A stretch of DNA of 29,525 nt from a virus (lineage: Duplodnaviria; Caudoviricetes): positions 1 to 29,525 of IMG/VR virus record IMGVR_UViG_3300030708_000785; one strand, given 5' to 3'. Made by a program: the position numbers and the translations under genes. Positions 7,861 to 17,041 of this stretch are shown in pieces; position 1 is the first letter of the stretch; each line of letters starts with the position of its first letter. The notes beneath the pieces are model-generated. The model was not told the DNA's origin. It saw only the letters and a list, made by a program, of their open reading frames with translations, and made no database searches.

Positions 7861-10307
7861 TGGCAACAGAAGCAGATTTAGCAGAAATTCGTTTACTTAA
7901 CAACGCTATGGCTCAATTACAAGTAGCTGCCTTAGCTGTTGAGGGGAATTTGGCTAATATTGAATCTGTACTACAAGCTAGGAAAGACGGAACTTTAGAA
8001 GAGCCATCTCTTAATCTTGCAGCTCTTCCTGAGTCAACACAATCCTTGGAAGAGTATAAAACTTTCGTAGAAGATAATATTGTAGCTCCGTTTGATGAGA
8101 ATAAAGCCAGGTTTGAATCTTTGACTGCAGCCACTCAAGCCCAATTTATTTCAGAAAAACCAATATTTGATTTAACGTACGGACCTCCTAAATCTACGAA
8201 GGGTTCATTTATACTATCGAATGATGGTCTTTATTATGACTCAGTTAATGGAGGCATTCCTGAAGTCTCAGGATTTGCTGCTGCAAGTTCCACTTGGAAC
8301 CTATCGCAAGCTCCTAATTTGGGAGGTAAAGGGATGTTGTACGATAAGAATACTTTTGACGACTTTGAAGGAACTGTATTAGATTATGACTACACTTCTA
8401 ATGACCCTTTGGTTACAAAATTTTATGATACTGATGATATTTTAGAGACATTTGAGAAAAATAAAGTACATCATACTACTATCGTCTACGACCAAATAGC
8501 ATTGCTAACCGCATCAGGCTTTAACACTAGCAGTGCAATAGTTGTAAACCATTACAGCAATATAGCAGCATTGGCAACTAATTACGACAATAAAATTAAA
8601 AAACGCAAAAAACAGTTGCAGCTAGTTGCATTATTCGGAACAGACATATATTCATTTACTGAAACTGGAGGAGGTGCTAAAGATTTAGGAGTAGGAGAAG
8701 GATTTCTTATAGAGAACATCAGTGAAGATGATACTACTGTTTGGAATTTAATAGAGAGAATACCTTTAAATGATTTTTCATTTTTAAAAGGTAAAGGTGT
8801 AAATGTACCTCTAAAAGCTCAAGAAGAATTACTTTTATTTTCTGAAGACTTGGATGATATTATTTTACCTCTTACTCCTGTGTTTGTAGAATCACCTGTT
8901 GATAAATTTTCAGTAATAGATAAATTTACCTTAACACCTACTAGCCCTGAGACATTCCCATATCTTGAAGGTACAAATGCAGTAACTGGCACAGACAATC
9001 CTGGAATAGTTCAATCTCTAACCGATTCCATAGTCACTGACGGTTTACTAATAGGTTATAATTTCTTACAACCAAAAGTTACAGACGCGTCTTCCAATAC
9101 CTTTAATGTGGATAATTTCGCACCAGACGCTGGAGGAAAACTAGATGCTCAGTTAGTAGGACCGACGATTGAAGAAGTTTTCGACAAAGGATTAGGAATT
9201 CCTAAATTAAATGGTACTGCAGCGGGAACATCTACTTCATATGTTAGGCTTCCTAGTAATTTCAAACCTGATGGTACAGAGATATCATTAGACACTCAAG
9301 AGCTTGATAATTTATTCTACCCTGCAAATGCAGCATATGACTCAGAGACCAAAAAAGGAGGTGGAGTAACTTTTGATTGCTGGGTACACGTTCCTAGTCT
9401 AACCATGACCGCCACTCACCGTTATAGAGTTCTCGCTGCATGTGAAAACTCAGGAGGAAACGCACCTGATGGAACAAACCAAGGAGATATTTACGCCAAT
9501 AGGAAAACTTTAGATAGCGGTCTTACTGACCCTAAGAAAGTCCATGGTATGATAATAGGTTTCAGAGATAAAGGAGGAGCTATAGGAACTAGTGGATTAG
9601 AGTTTGGAGTATTCCCTACTGTTTCACAGAATCATAATAGTGGAGACTTTGGTCATAGTATCTGTATAGCAGAATCCATGGATGTATCTGCGGGAGTTAT
9701 AGTTGATACATCTCTTAGCGAGTTAGGAACCACTTGTGCTAGCACAGTTTCAGTAAATGGTATATCTATAACTGATGTTAGTGCAGGATTTGTTCAAGTG
9801 TCTGTGGTATTTGATTTTGATAAAGATGAGTTAAATCTTTACTTTGACGCTGAGCTTTTAAAATCCTCAACCCTCTCTACAGTATTCGACTTATCTGCGG
9901 GACAGTTACCTCAAGTACCTTCTGTTACGAAAGCCGAGGATGGTACTTATGATTTTGCCGGAAGCTGGCAAAATGAAGACAAGACCGGTCCGGTAGTAGG
10001 AAACCTAGGTCTTGGATTTACTCCTTGGATTTTAGGAGGAGGATTCTCCGATGGTATCGGTAGAGCAGTAGGTAAAAGCACTTATGACCCTGGATTCCTA
10101 GGATATAATACAAATACTTATTATGGAGGTCCTACTGACACTCAACATCAAATAGCAGGCTTAGGAGGCACATCTGCCACTAAACCGGTAAGCGGGTTAG
10201 GTGGGTACATTGGAAGTTTTAAGTTATACTCAAGAGCCCTATCTAATACAGAGATTAGAAAGAATTATTCCTTCCAAAAAGGATTCTTTAAAAATATTCA
10301 AATATAA
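7860..10307 (+). CDS. Structural protein with N-terminal coiled coil and C-terminal LamG / ConA-like lectin-glucanase domain
   Basis: LamG hallmarks: SIVTDGLLIGYNF, GVTFDCWVHVP, VQVSVVFDFDKDELNLYFDAEL, WILGGG, GYIGSFKLYSRALSNTEIRKNY. Confidence 0.75.
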   Translation: MATEADLAEIRLLNNAMAQLQVAALAVEGNLANIESVLQARKDGTLEEPSLNLAALPESTQSLEEYKTFVEDNIVAPFDENKARFESLTAATQAQFISEKPIFDLTYGPPKSTKGSFILSNDGLYYDSVNGGIPEVSGFAAASSTWNLSQAPNLGGKGMLYDKNTFDDFEGTVLDYDYTSNDPLVTKFYDTDDILETFEKNKVHHTTIVYDQIALLTASGFNTSSAIVVNHYSNIAALATNYDNKIKKRKKQLQLVALFGTDIYSFTETGGGAKDLGVGEGFLIENISEDDTTVWNLIERIPLNDFSFLKGKGVNVPLKAQEELLLFSEDLDDIILPLTPVFVESPVDKFSVIDKFTLTPTSPETFPYLEGTNAVTGTDNPGIVQSLTDSIVTDGLLIGYNFLQPKVTDASSNTFNVDNFAPDAGGKLDAQLVGPTIEEVFDKGLGIPKLNGTAAGTSTSYVRLPSNFKPDGTEISLDTQELDNLFYPANAAYDSETKKGGGVTFDCWVHVPSLTMTATHRYRVLAACENSGGNAPDGTNQGDIYANRKTLDSGLTDPKKVHGMIIGFRDKGGAIGTSGLEFGVFPTVSQNHNSGDFGHSICIAESMDVSAGVIVDTSLSELGTTCASTVSVNGISITDVSAGFVQVSVVFDFDKDELNLYFDAELLKSSTLSTVFDLSAGQLPQVPSVTKAEDGTYDFAGSWQNEDKTGPVVGNLGLGFTPWILGGGFSDGIGRAVGKSTYDPGFLGYNTNTYYGGPTDTQHQIAGLGGTSATKPVSGLGGYIGSFKLYSRALSNTEIRKNYSFQKGFFKNIQI

Positions 10308-10735
10308 TGACAACTAACAACGAAGACATCACCCTAATTACTACTTCAGTATCGAAAAAGATGAACGGAGTAGCTTTTCCCGTTATTGAGGGATTGGGAG
10401 GATTTTTTACCCGTTCTGAAGGAGCAGAAACCATAATGTCTGGGATGAAGCAGTTATTATTAACAGGGAAAGGGGAAAGAGCAATGAACCCTGAATTTGG
10501 AACTAATCTACGAAAAGCAGTTTTTGAACCTTTCGACGACGAACTTAAAAATACACTTAGAGCAGATATTGAAACTGCTATTTTAGAATATGAGCCCAGA
10601 GTAGACCTAGAAACTGTATCTATCGAATGGGATGAATCTAATAGAGCCTCAGGATATAATCAAATTTATGTTAGGGTGTTATTTAGAATCAAAGAAGATT
10701 TATCAGAACCTCAAGTATTGGAGATAATAGTATAA
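10307..10735 (+). CDS. gp25: Baseplate wedge / sheath initiator (T4 gp25, GPW_gp25 family)
   Basis: LLLTGKGERAMNPEFGTNLRKAVFEP...IETAILEYEPRV. Confidence 0.92.
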   Translation: MTTNNEDITLITTSVSKKMNGVAFPVIEGLGGFFTRSEGAETIMSGMKQLLLTGKGERAMNPEFGTNLRKAVFEPFDDELKNTLRADIETAILEYEPRVDLETVSIEWDESNRASGYNQIYVRVLFRIKEDLSEPQVLEIIV

Positions 10736-12357
10736 TGCCAGACATCACAGGAATTTATAATACATCAGCATTTGACGGAACAGTAGCTTCGGACTTTATA
10801 TCCACTACTAAGCTAACTCCTCAAATTAAAGCTGACATGGTAGACTTTTCTGCCGACGATTTTATAGAGTATAGAACATCTCTAACTAACTACCTTCGAG
10901 CTGTATATCCAGACGATTTTAATAATTTTGTAGAATCAGATTTAGGAATCATGTTAGTAGAAACTTTTAGCTACTTAGCGAGTGTTTTATCTTTCAAAGC
11001 AGATATGTTAGCAAATGAAGCCTACTTGAGCTCTGTTCAAAATCCTCAGAACTTAAGAAAACTTTTACAACTTATAGGGGTTAGATTAAAAGGACCTAGT
11101 AGTTCAAAAGCAAGTTGTCAATTACTCTTACCTGCAGGTAACAATCTAGCAGGTAGTGAAACTTATACAATAGCGCAAGCGGATAGAACTTTTAATGTAA
11201 CCAGCAATAGAGATACTGGGAACGCATCTTTTGTTCTTTATGAAGTTGATACTAATGGAAAAGTTGATTTAGATGCGCAGGACCTAGTGTTAACTAGAAC
11301 CGAATCTTTAAATAATGCAGGAACTGATTTCTCAAAATTAATTTTACTTGAGGGTCAAATGAAAACTGTAACTGGAACTTTTGGTTCAGTCGATACTATT
11401 CACACTATATCAATTACAGACCCTTCTATAATTGAAGGTAGTATAAGTGTAAGAACTGGTTCTGGAGACATTTACAATGAGGTTGAAAATTTATTTTTAG
11501 CCGATGCATCTAGTTTATTGTTTCAAAAAACATATTTAGATGATTACTCTGCAACTTTAGTTTTCGGGGATGACGTAAGAGGTAAATCTCCAACCCCTAA
11601 TGATACTTACACCGTAACTTATAGAACAGGTGGAGGCACTAGAGGTAACGTAGCCCCTTCATCTATAAACGTATCCATTCCTGGAACACACTCAGCTGAT
11701 GGAGCAGTTACATGTTCAGTTATAAATTCTACAAAAGCAACTGGAGGCTCAGATGCAGAAACAGTAGCAAAAGCAAAGCAATACGCTCCTTACTTTTTCA
11801 AAACACAGTACAGAGCTGTTACTGGAGAAGATTATACTACATTTGCAAATAGATTTACAAGCACGACAGGGTCAACAGGTAAAGCAACAGCAGTTCTTAG
11901 AAACTCAGGTGCTGGAGCCAATATGATTGATATTTACTTAGTAGCATATGCAGATGAAGTAGATGGTGTACAATCTCAAATAGAGAGAGCTTCGATAGCT
12001 TTCAAACATGAGCTGTTAGATTACTTAGGTAGTTATAAAATGTTAACTGATGAGTTAACTATCGTAGACGGATTAATTAGAACCCTTGACCTAAAGGCAA
12101 CCTTGTTTGTTGATAAAACCTTCAAACCTTTTGAAGATGACGTTAAGCGTACAGCAGCAAATAAAGTTTTATCTTTCTTTGATATTTCTAATAGAGAGTT
12201 TGGAGAAAGGATTAGAATAGATGAACTCAACAGATTACTGTTCGAGATTCCTGAGATTAGATTTTCTAAATTAGATAACCTAACTCAAGATATAAAATTA
12301 GACCTTAATGAAATTTTACAACTAAACAACGTTGAATTTACCATAGAATACGTATAA
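10735..12357 (+). CDS. gp6: Baseplate wedge subunit (T4 gp6 / baseplate J-like)
   Basis: DFNNFVESDLGIMLVETFSYLASVLSFKADMLANEAYL, LVFGDDVRGKSP, VTYRTGGGTRGN, ATGGSDAET, QYRAVTGEDY. Confidence 0.92.
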   Translation: MPDITGIYNTSAFDGTVASDFISTTKLTPQIKADMVDFSADDFIEYRTSLTNYLRAVYPDDFNNFVESDLGIMLVETFSYLASVLSFKADMLANEAYLSSVQNPQNLRKLLQLIGVRLKGPSSSKASCQLLLPAGNNLAGSETYTIAQADRTFNVTSNRDTGNASFVLYEVDTNGKVDLDAQDLVLTRTESLNNAGTDFSKLILLEGQMKTVTGTFGSVDTIHTISITDPSIIEGSISVRTGSGDIYNEVENLFLADASSLLFQKTYLDDYSATLVFGDDVRGKSPTPNDTYTVTYRTGGGTRGNVAPSSINVSIPGTHSADGAVTCSVINSTKATGGSDAETVAKAKQYAPYFFKTQYRAVTGEDYTTFANRFTSTTGSTGKATAVLRNSGAGANMIDIYLVAYADEVDGVQSQIERASIAFKHELLDYLGSYKMLTDELTIVDGLIRTLDLKATLFVDKTFKPFEDDVKRTAANKVLSFFDISNREFGERIRIDELNRLLFEIPEIRFSKLDNLTQDIKLDLNEILQLNNVEFTIEYV

Positions 12358-12358
12358 A

Positions 12359-15300
12359 ATGGCACGGAAAAAAGGAATAGGTAGTGTAGGAAGATTAAAA
12401 AACAGAAAGTACTACAAACACAATTACATTGAGGTAATAAATTCATTAGTACCTGATTTGTATAGTGATACCGATTTTTCTATCTATGGAACCGAGGAAG
12501 ACATTCAGTATACTGTATTAGGTAAAATCCTAAAGGCTGTTGAAGATATAAAAACTCTTTTTAATGTAAGTGCTACAGAAGCTTCAGCTATAAGACAGCA
12601 TTTTATTCTTAGAAATAATAAAACTAATGTAAGACCTTTCATATTAGAGCAGAAAATTTTAAAGCCGTTGAATACATCTTTCGACGCATTTCCTAACAGA
12701 ACAGATTTTAAAAATTTTGTATCTTCTACTCTTCTTCCAAACATTCATCTAAACACTCCAACTACTACTTATCAAGAAGGTATTGAGGAGTATGTCGACT
12801 CTACTGTTTCTACTTTACCACTAGCACATACATATCTTAAGGATAATTTATCCTGGTTATATTTTTTAAATACTAGTGGTCCTTCAGGAGGATTCGACCC
12901 TTCTGCAGGAGTTACATCTGCTATGATGCAGATTTATGATAACAAAACCTTTACAGAAGAAGACGGTGTATCTTTACTGTTTGAATATTTTTGGAGAAAC
13001 AGGGAAACGAACACAGCATTAGCCGATTACATTCCTCCTATCCTGGGAAGAGTTAATACAGCAGTTTCTGGAGACACTTATGCTTCTGGAACCCAACAAT
13101 TAGATTCATTAAAAACTTTAGTAAAGATTTGGTATGATGAGGCGGATGAAACCTCGACCACGTTAGACACTTATCTAGATTTATATTTAAACACTGGAGC
13201 TTTTGCTCCGAAGCAAGTAGCTGGAGGTGCCTTTACAAAATTTTTACAAGCAGTTAGCTTCGGGTTTTATGATGTCAATACTACTATAGAAGAGTTAGGG
13301 GATTTAGTTGATATTGAAAGATGTCCACCTCAATTCTTGCAGTACTTAGCAACTTTGATAGGTTGGCAGTTAATGACTGGAGATGTTGACCGATGGAGAG
13401 CTCAACTTCGTAAGGCAGTTTACTTATATAAAAGTAAGGGAACTAAACGATGTCTAGAAGACGCTATTGATTTAGTATTTCCTGGTGATAAGATAGATGT
13501 AGTTAAAAATATGAAAGAGACTTGGGAGTGTTTCCTCCCTCGTATGATTTATTATTTAATTGCTACGGAGTCAGCTGTATTAGCAGACCCAAGCTATGGA
13601 CCTGGAACTTTGAGAGGTATCCCAAACTCTCATTACTCTTCTGATAATCATGATTTAAATTATAGATTTGCTACAGACTATGTTTTAAAACAACTTCATA
13701 AGTTAACTCCTCCAACCACTGTTACTCCTGAAGGGGGTTGCATATACTATAGTGGTAAGAAATTTGATTTGGCTACTTGGGAAGAGGGTAATCCTACCTT
13801 TAATGGTTTTGCGCATAGAGGGGTAGAGGGAGTTCCTGTACCTCCATGGGAGAATGACAGGTTTTATGATAACACATACTTTACTTCTGCTCAAATAGAC
13901 ATTCTAGAAGATTTATTAAAAGGGAAACGTGACGCAGAAACCGGATTCGCAGCAGATGGAGGAGGTTTAGAAATACCTGCAACTTACGTTGATTCTTTGT
14001 TAGACATACTAAAGAAACAAACGTATGCAGATAACAGCATATATCAATTAAATTGGAATGATAAGTGGAAGTTCTATACAAGCTCCATGGAAGTTCCTCC
14101 GAACTTAGCTTCTGTAATAGCATCAGGAGAAGGGGCTAAATTAAATTTAATAGATTTCTGGAGCTCGAAAAGTTCTTTAGTACATTCTGAAATAGATTTA
14201 AATAATCTTAGTCATGATATAGAAGGGGTGGGAATAGATGTTCCTACGATAATGGCAAACATAAATAGCGTATTTAAACAGTTTGCACCTTTCCACGTGG
14301 TGATTAAGATATTTGCATCCACATCATTAACAGATACTTATAACCAACTATCGGATATATTTGTTGAGGACGGTGTATGTATTAGAATATTTAAAAATGA
14401 ATTAAACTTTGAAAATTTAGGACACGGATTCCAAGCTGACTCGGACCAGTTCATATTTAATAATGTTGTAAATTCAACAATTACTGTTTCTTCTGTAGCG
14501 GGAGTTCCTACTAAAGTATCTCACGCTAATACCCCACGAGCTTCAGGTAGAAGACGAAACTTTAAATATGATAACTCTCCTCACTTCTATTCTCGAAATG
14601 GAAACGGAATGCCTATCCCTACTGCGTTCGTAAATGCAAGTGCAGTAGAACCTTCTTCTATCTCAAATCTAAAAGCACATAGTAGAGAGTTTATACCTTT
14701 AGGTTTTAATTTCTCTTCAGGAGATTTCTACTCGACATCAGGAGATTTTAGTGGTGTGTATGATGCATCAAATGAATTAGCCATGAGTGCTATGGAGATA
14801 AAATACGAAGGAGGGACAGAAGTTCCAGGCACAGAATATTATTTACCTAATGGACGTGGAGGTATAGAACAAACTAATGCTGTATTTAATCAGATAGCTG
14901 TATCTTCTACCTTCCCATGTAGAGCTCCGTTTGGAAACCCTTGTGATGTAGTTATTAGTAGAAATGAAATGCCTGCAATAAAACGCATCATTATAAACAA
15001 ACTAATACAGAGAGGAGAAACAGACTCCTTTGATGATTACGCATTAGATAGTTTTGCCTTTGGAAGTCCTTTCCACGCTTCTTACTTTGATTACATTTCT
15101 TATTTTAATAAACAGTTTAAACTTCTTAAGATTGCAGAATATGTTGATGATAAGTATCACGTAGAAAGAAACTACGGAGGAAGATACTTAGCTGCGCATA
15201 TCTTTGGTCCTCTTCTAGAGAATCATAATTTTACTTTCGCAGGAAGACTTAACTTAAAAGAGATTGAAACTAATTCAGCATATAATACAGATACAACTAA

Positions 15301-17041
15301 TAAGCTATCTTTCTATCCTCATTGGAAGTACATTTTTAACAACCCTTCAACTGACGGAGACCGTTACACATCGGCAAGTGGAATCGAGTACACGTTAAGC
15401 GCATCTTTATTTAATTCCATACTCGATATACCTACCGAATCTTATAGAGATGATGTTAAGTATCTCCACACTTCCGGACAGTTGTACAGAGCATGTAGAA
15501 CAGCTTTAGATAATGTAGAGTTAGTCGGTAGAGCAAGCCAGGGTTCTAAATCTTTTGTAGTCGTCAACGAAGTAAGTAGCGTTTATACTTCTGATGACAA
15601 GGTTTCTGATGGTAAGGGGAGCGTCTCATTATATAATAATGATTTTTCAATTACAGACTTAGATGAAAGTGCTTGTGTAAGATTTCCATTGGATGGAAAT
15701 AGAAGTTATATTAAGAACGGTGAATTTAAGTATACTCCTTCTGTTAGCGGTGACGAATATGGAACCAACTACACCTCTTCAGTTGCAGGGTGGCAGCTAA
15801 TAGATTCTACTAAAACACCTACAGCTTATTCAGTAGGAGCTGAGAATGGTAGTATAGTTGTATCTGCTGTAGAAGGTCATGGGGATAGAAAAACAAACTG
15901 GATTGCTGCCACAGCATCAGGTCCAGGAGCTGCAGGCAACTCCGACTCCTGTATACTAAGAACAGGTCATAAAGGAGTAAGAGTTATTAAAGGGTTAATT
16001 CCTGAAAGAGTTTATACACTTGCAATCACTCATAAATCTTTAGAAGCCGACTGCAGTGGTATAAGATACAATCTTAAAAATTTAAGTGCAGCAGCTAGAG
16101 GAGAGATTTCAGACTGGAATGGCACAACTTGGATTAGTGCAGCCTCAGCCTCAGTCCCTAATATTACTACAACCACTACTATGACTACTACAAAAAATGA
16201 TATAACAGTAAGTAGTGGATTCTTCCCATCTGATGAGTACCAACTTGATTTATACTTTGCAGGGAAAGGAACTAATGAATTATGCGTTTCATATGTAAGT
16301 GCAATAAGTTTGGTAGAATCAAACAGCTCTCAACCTAACTCTCTAATACCTGATAGAAGCTATGACATGACAATTAGAGCAAGAACTAATTATCCTGTTA
16401 GCAACTCTTTAGGTGTTAGAATTTATACCGACCCAATTCCTGAGTTAGATTATACCGATTATGCAGATAGAGATTTACACCAGTTCTTTTACAACTTTTC
16501 AAAAAATAGCTGGAATAATTTAAATAAATCTAATAATTCTTGGAATATAATTCCAATGCGTGACTTTGATATCGAAAGAGACTCCGATGGAGTTCCTACG
16601 GGATGGGTAACAATTAATTTAAATTTTAGCACTAGGAATCGGAATACTAATTACGATAAATCAAATTCTATATTTATTCGTCATGGTAAAGAACCACATA
16701 ACGATAACACTGCCTATTACGTAGAATTTGCTAACGCAACTCCTAGTGAGCAAATAGATAATTACATAACTATTGATAGTGTCTCGATGAGAGATACTAC
16801 TTATACTGCAGTTAGAAATGAATACGATTTTAAAGAGATGGATGTCGTCTTTAAACATTTTGATTTACTAGCTGGAGGTAAACAATCAAGAAATTACAAT
16901 TTAACTTATGAAGTCTTTGGAACTAATGGTGGTTCTAGAGGAACATACATAGAAGGCTTTGGAGGACATGACCACCTAGGAACTAATGATAATTTACATC
17001 CTTATGGTTCTGGAGTTCTCTACGATTTGGATGACGATTAA
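12359..17041 (+). CDS. Giant baseplate wedge protein (T4 gp7 / P2 tail protein I-like) with C-terminal carbohydrate-binding-like beta-sandwich domains
   Basis: P2-I core DLVDIERCPPQFLQYLATLIGW...WRAQLRKAVYLYKSKGTKRCLE and closing motif FKQFAPFHV. Follows gp6. C-terminus carries IKNGEF...GW and L-I-P-x-R-x-Y-x-L/M-x-I repeats. Confidence 0.75.
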   Translation: MARKKGIGSVGRLKNRKYYKHNYIEVINSLVPDLYSDTDFSIYGTEEDIQYTVLGKILKAVEDIKTLFNVSATEASAIRQHFILRNNKTNVRPFILEQKILKPLNTSFDAFPNRTDFKNFVSSTLLPNIHLNTPTTTYQEGIEEYVDSTVSTLPLAHTYLKDNLSWLYFLNTSGPSGGFDPSAGVTSAMMQIYDNKTFTEEDGVSLLFEYFWRNRETNTALADYIPPILGRVNTAVSGDTYASGTQQLDSLKTLVKIWYDEADETSTTLDTYLDLYLNTGAFAPKQVAGGAFTKFLQAVSFGFYDVNTTIEELGDLVDIERCPPQFLQYLATLIGWQLMTGDVDRWRAQLRKAVYLYKSKGTKRCLEDAIDLVFPGDKIDVVKNMKETWECFLPRMIYYLIATESAVLADPSYGPGTLRGIPNSHYSSDNHDLNYRFATDYVLKQLHKLTPPTTVTPEGGCIYYSGKKFDLATWEEGNPTFNGFAHRGVEGVPVPPWENDRFYDNTYFTSAQIDILEDLLKGKRDAETGFAADGGGLEIPATYVDSLLDILKKQTYADNSIYQLNWNDKWKFYTSSMEVPPNLASVIASGEGAKLNLIDFWSSKSSLVHSEIDLNNLSHDIEGVGIDVPTIMANINSVFKQFAPFHVVIKIFASTSLTDTYNQLSDIFVEDGVCIRIFKNELNFENLGHGFQADSDQFIFNNVVNSTITVSSVAGVPTKVSHANTPRASGRRRNFKYDNSPHFYSRNGNGMPIPTAFVNASAVEPSSISNLKAHSREFIPLGFNFSSGDFYSTSGDFSGVYDASNELAMSAMEIKYEGGTEVPGTEYYLPNGRGGIEQTNAVFNQIAVSSTFPCRAPFGNPCDVVISRNEMPAIKRIIINKLIQRGETDSFDDYALDSFAFGSPFHASYFDYISYFNKQFKLLKIAEYVDDKYHVERNYGGRYLAAHIFGPLLENHNFTFAGRLNLKEIETNSAYNTDTTNKLSFYPHWKYIFNNPSTDGDRYTSASGIEYTLSASLFNSILDIPTESYRDDVKYLHTSGQLYRACRTALDNVELVGRASQGSKSFVVVNEVSSVYTSDDKVSDGKGSVSLYNNDFSITDLDESACVRFPLDGNRSYIKNGEFKYTPSVSGDEYGTNYTSSVAGWQLIDSTKTPTAYSVGAENGSIVVSAVEGHGDRKTNWIAATASGPGAAGNSDSCILRTGHKGVRVIKGLIPERVYTLAITHKSLEADCSGIRYNLKNLSAAARGEISDWNGTTWISAASASVPNITTTTTMTTTKNDITVSSGFFPSDEYQLDLYFAGKGTNELCVSYVSAISLVESNSSQPNSLIPDRSYDMTIRARTNYPVSNSLGVRIYTDPIPELDYTDYADRDLHQFFYNFSKNSWNNLNKSNNSWNIIPMRDFDIERDSDGVPTGWVTINLNFSTRNRNTNYDKSNSIFIRHGKEPHNDNTAYYVEFANATPSEQIDNYITIDSVSMRDTTYTAVRNEYDFKEMDVVFKHFDLLAGGKQSRNYNLTYEVFGTNGGSRGTYIEGFGGHDHLGTNDNLHPYGSGVLYDLDDD

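Noticed and set aside
707-12357. Extracellular contractile injection system or tailocin (tube initiator, LysM, VgrG-like, PAAR, gp25, baseplate J)
   Set aside because: The same operon continues into prohead protease, scaffold and gp23-like capsid genes, so this is a phage, not a headless CIS.
16160-16195. ACT/ACA repeat run
   Set aside because: Encodes a Thr-rich segment (ITTTTTMTTT); too short and impure to be a contingency locus.
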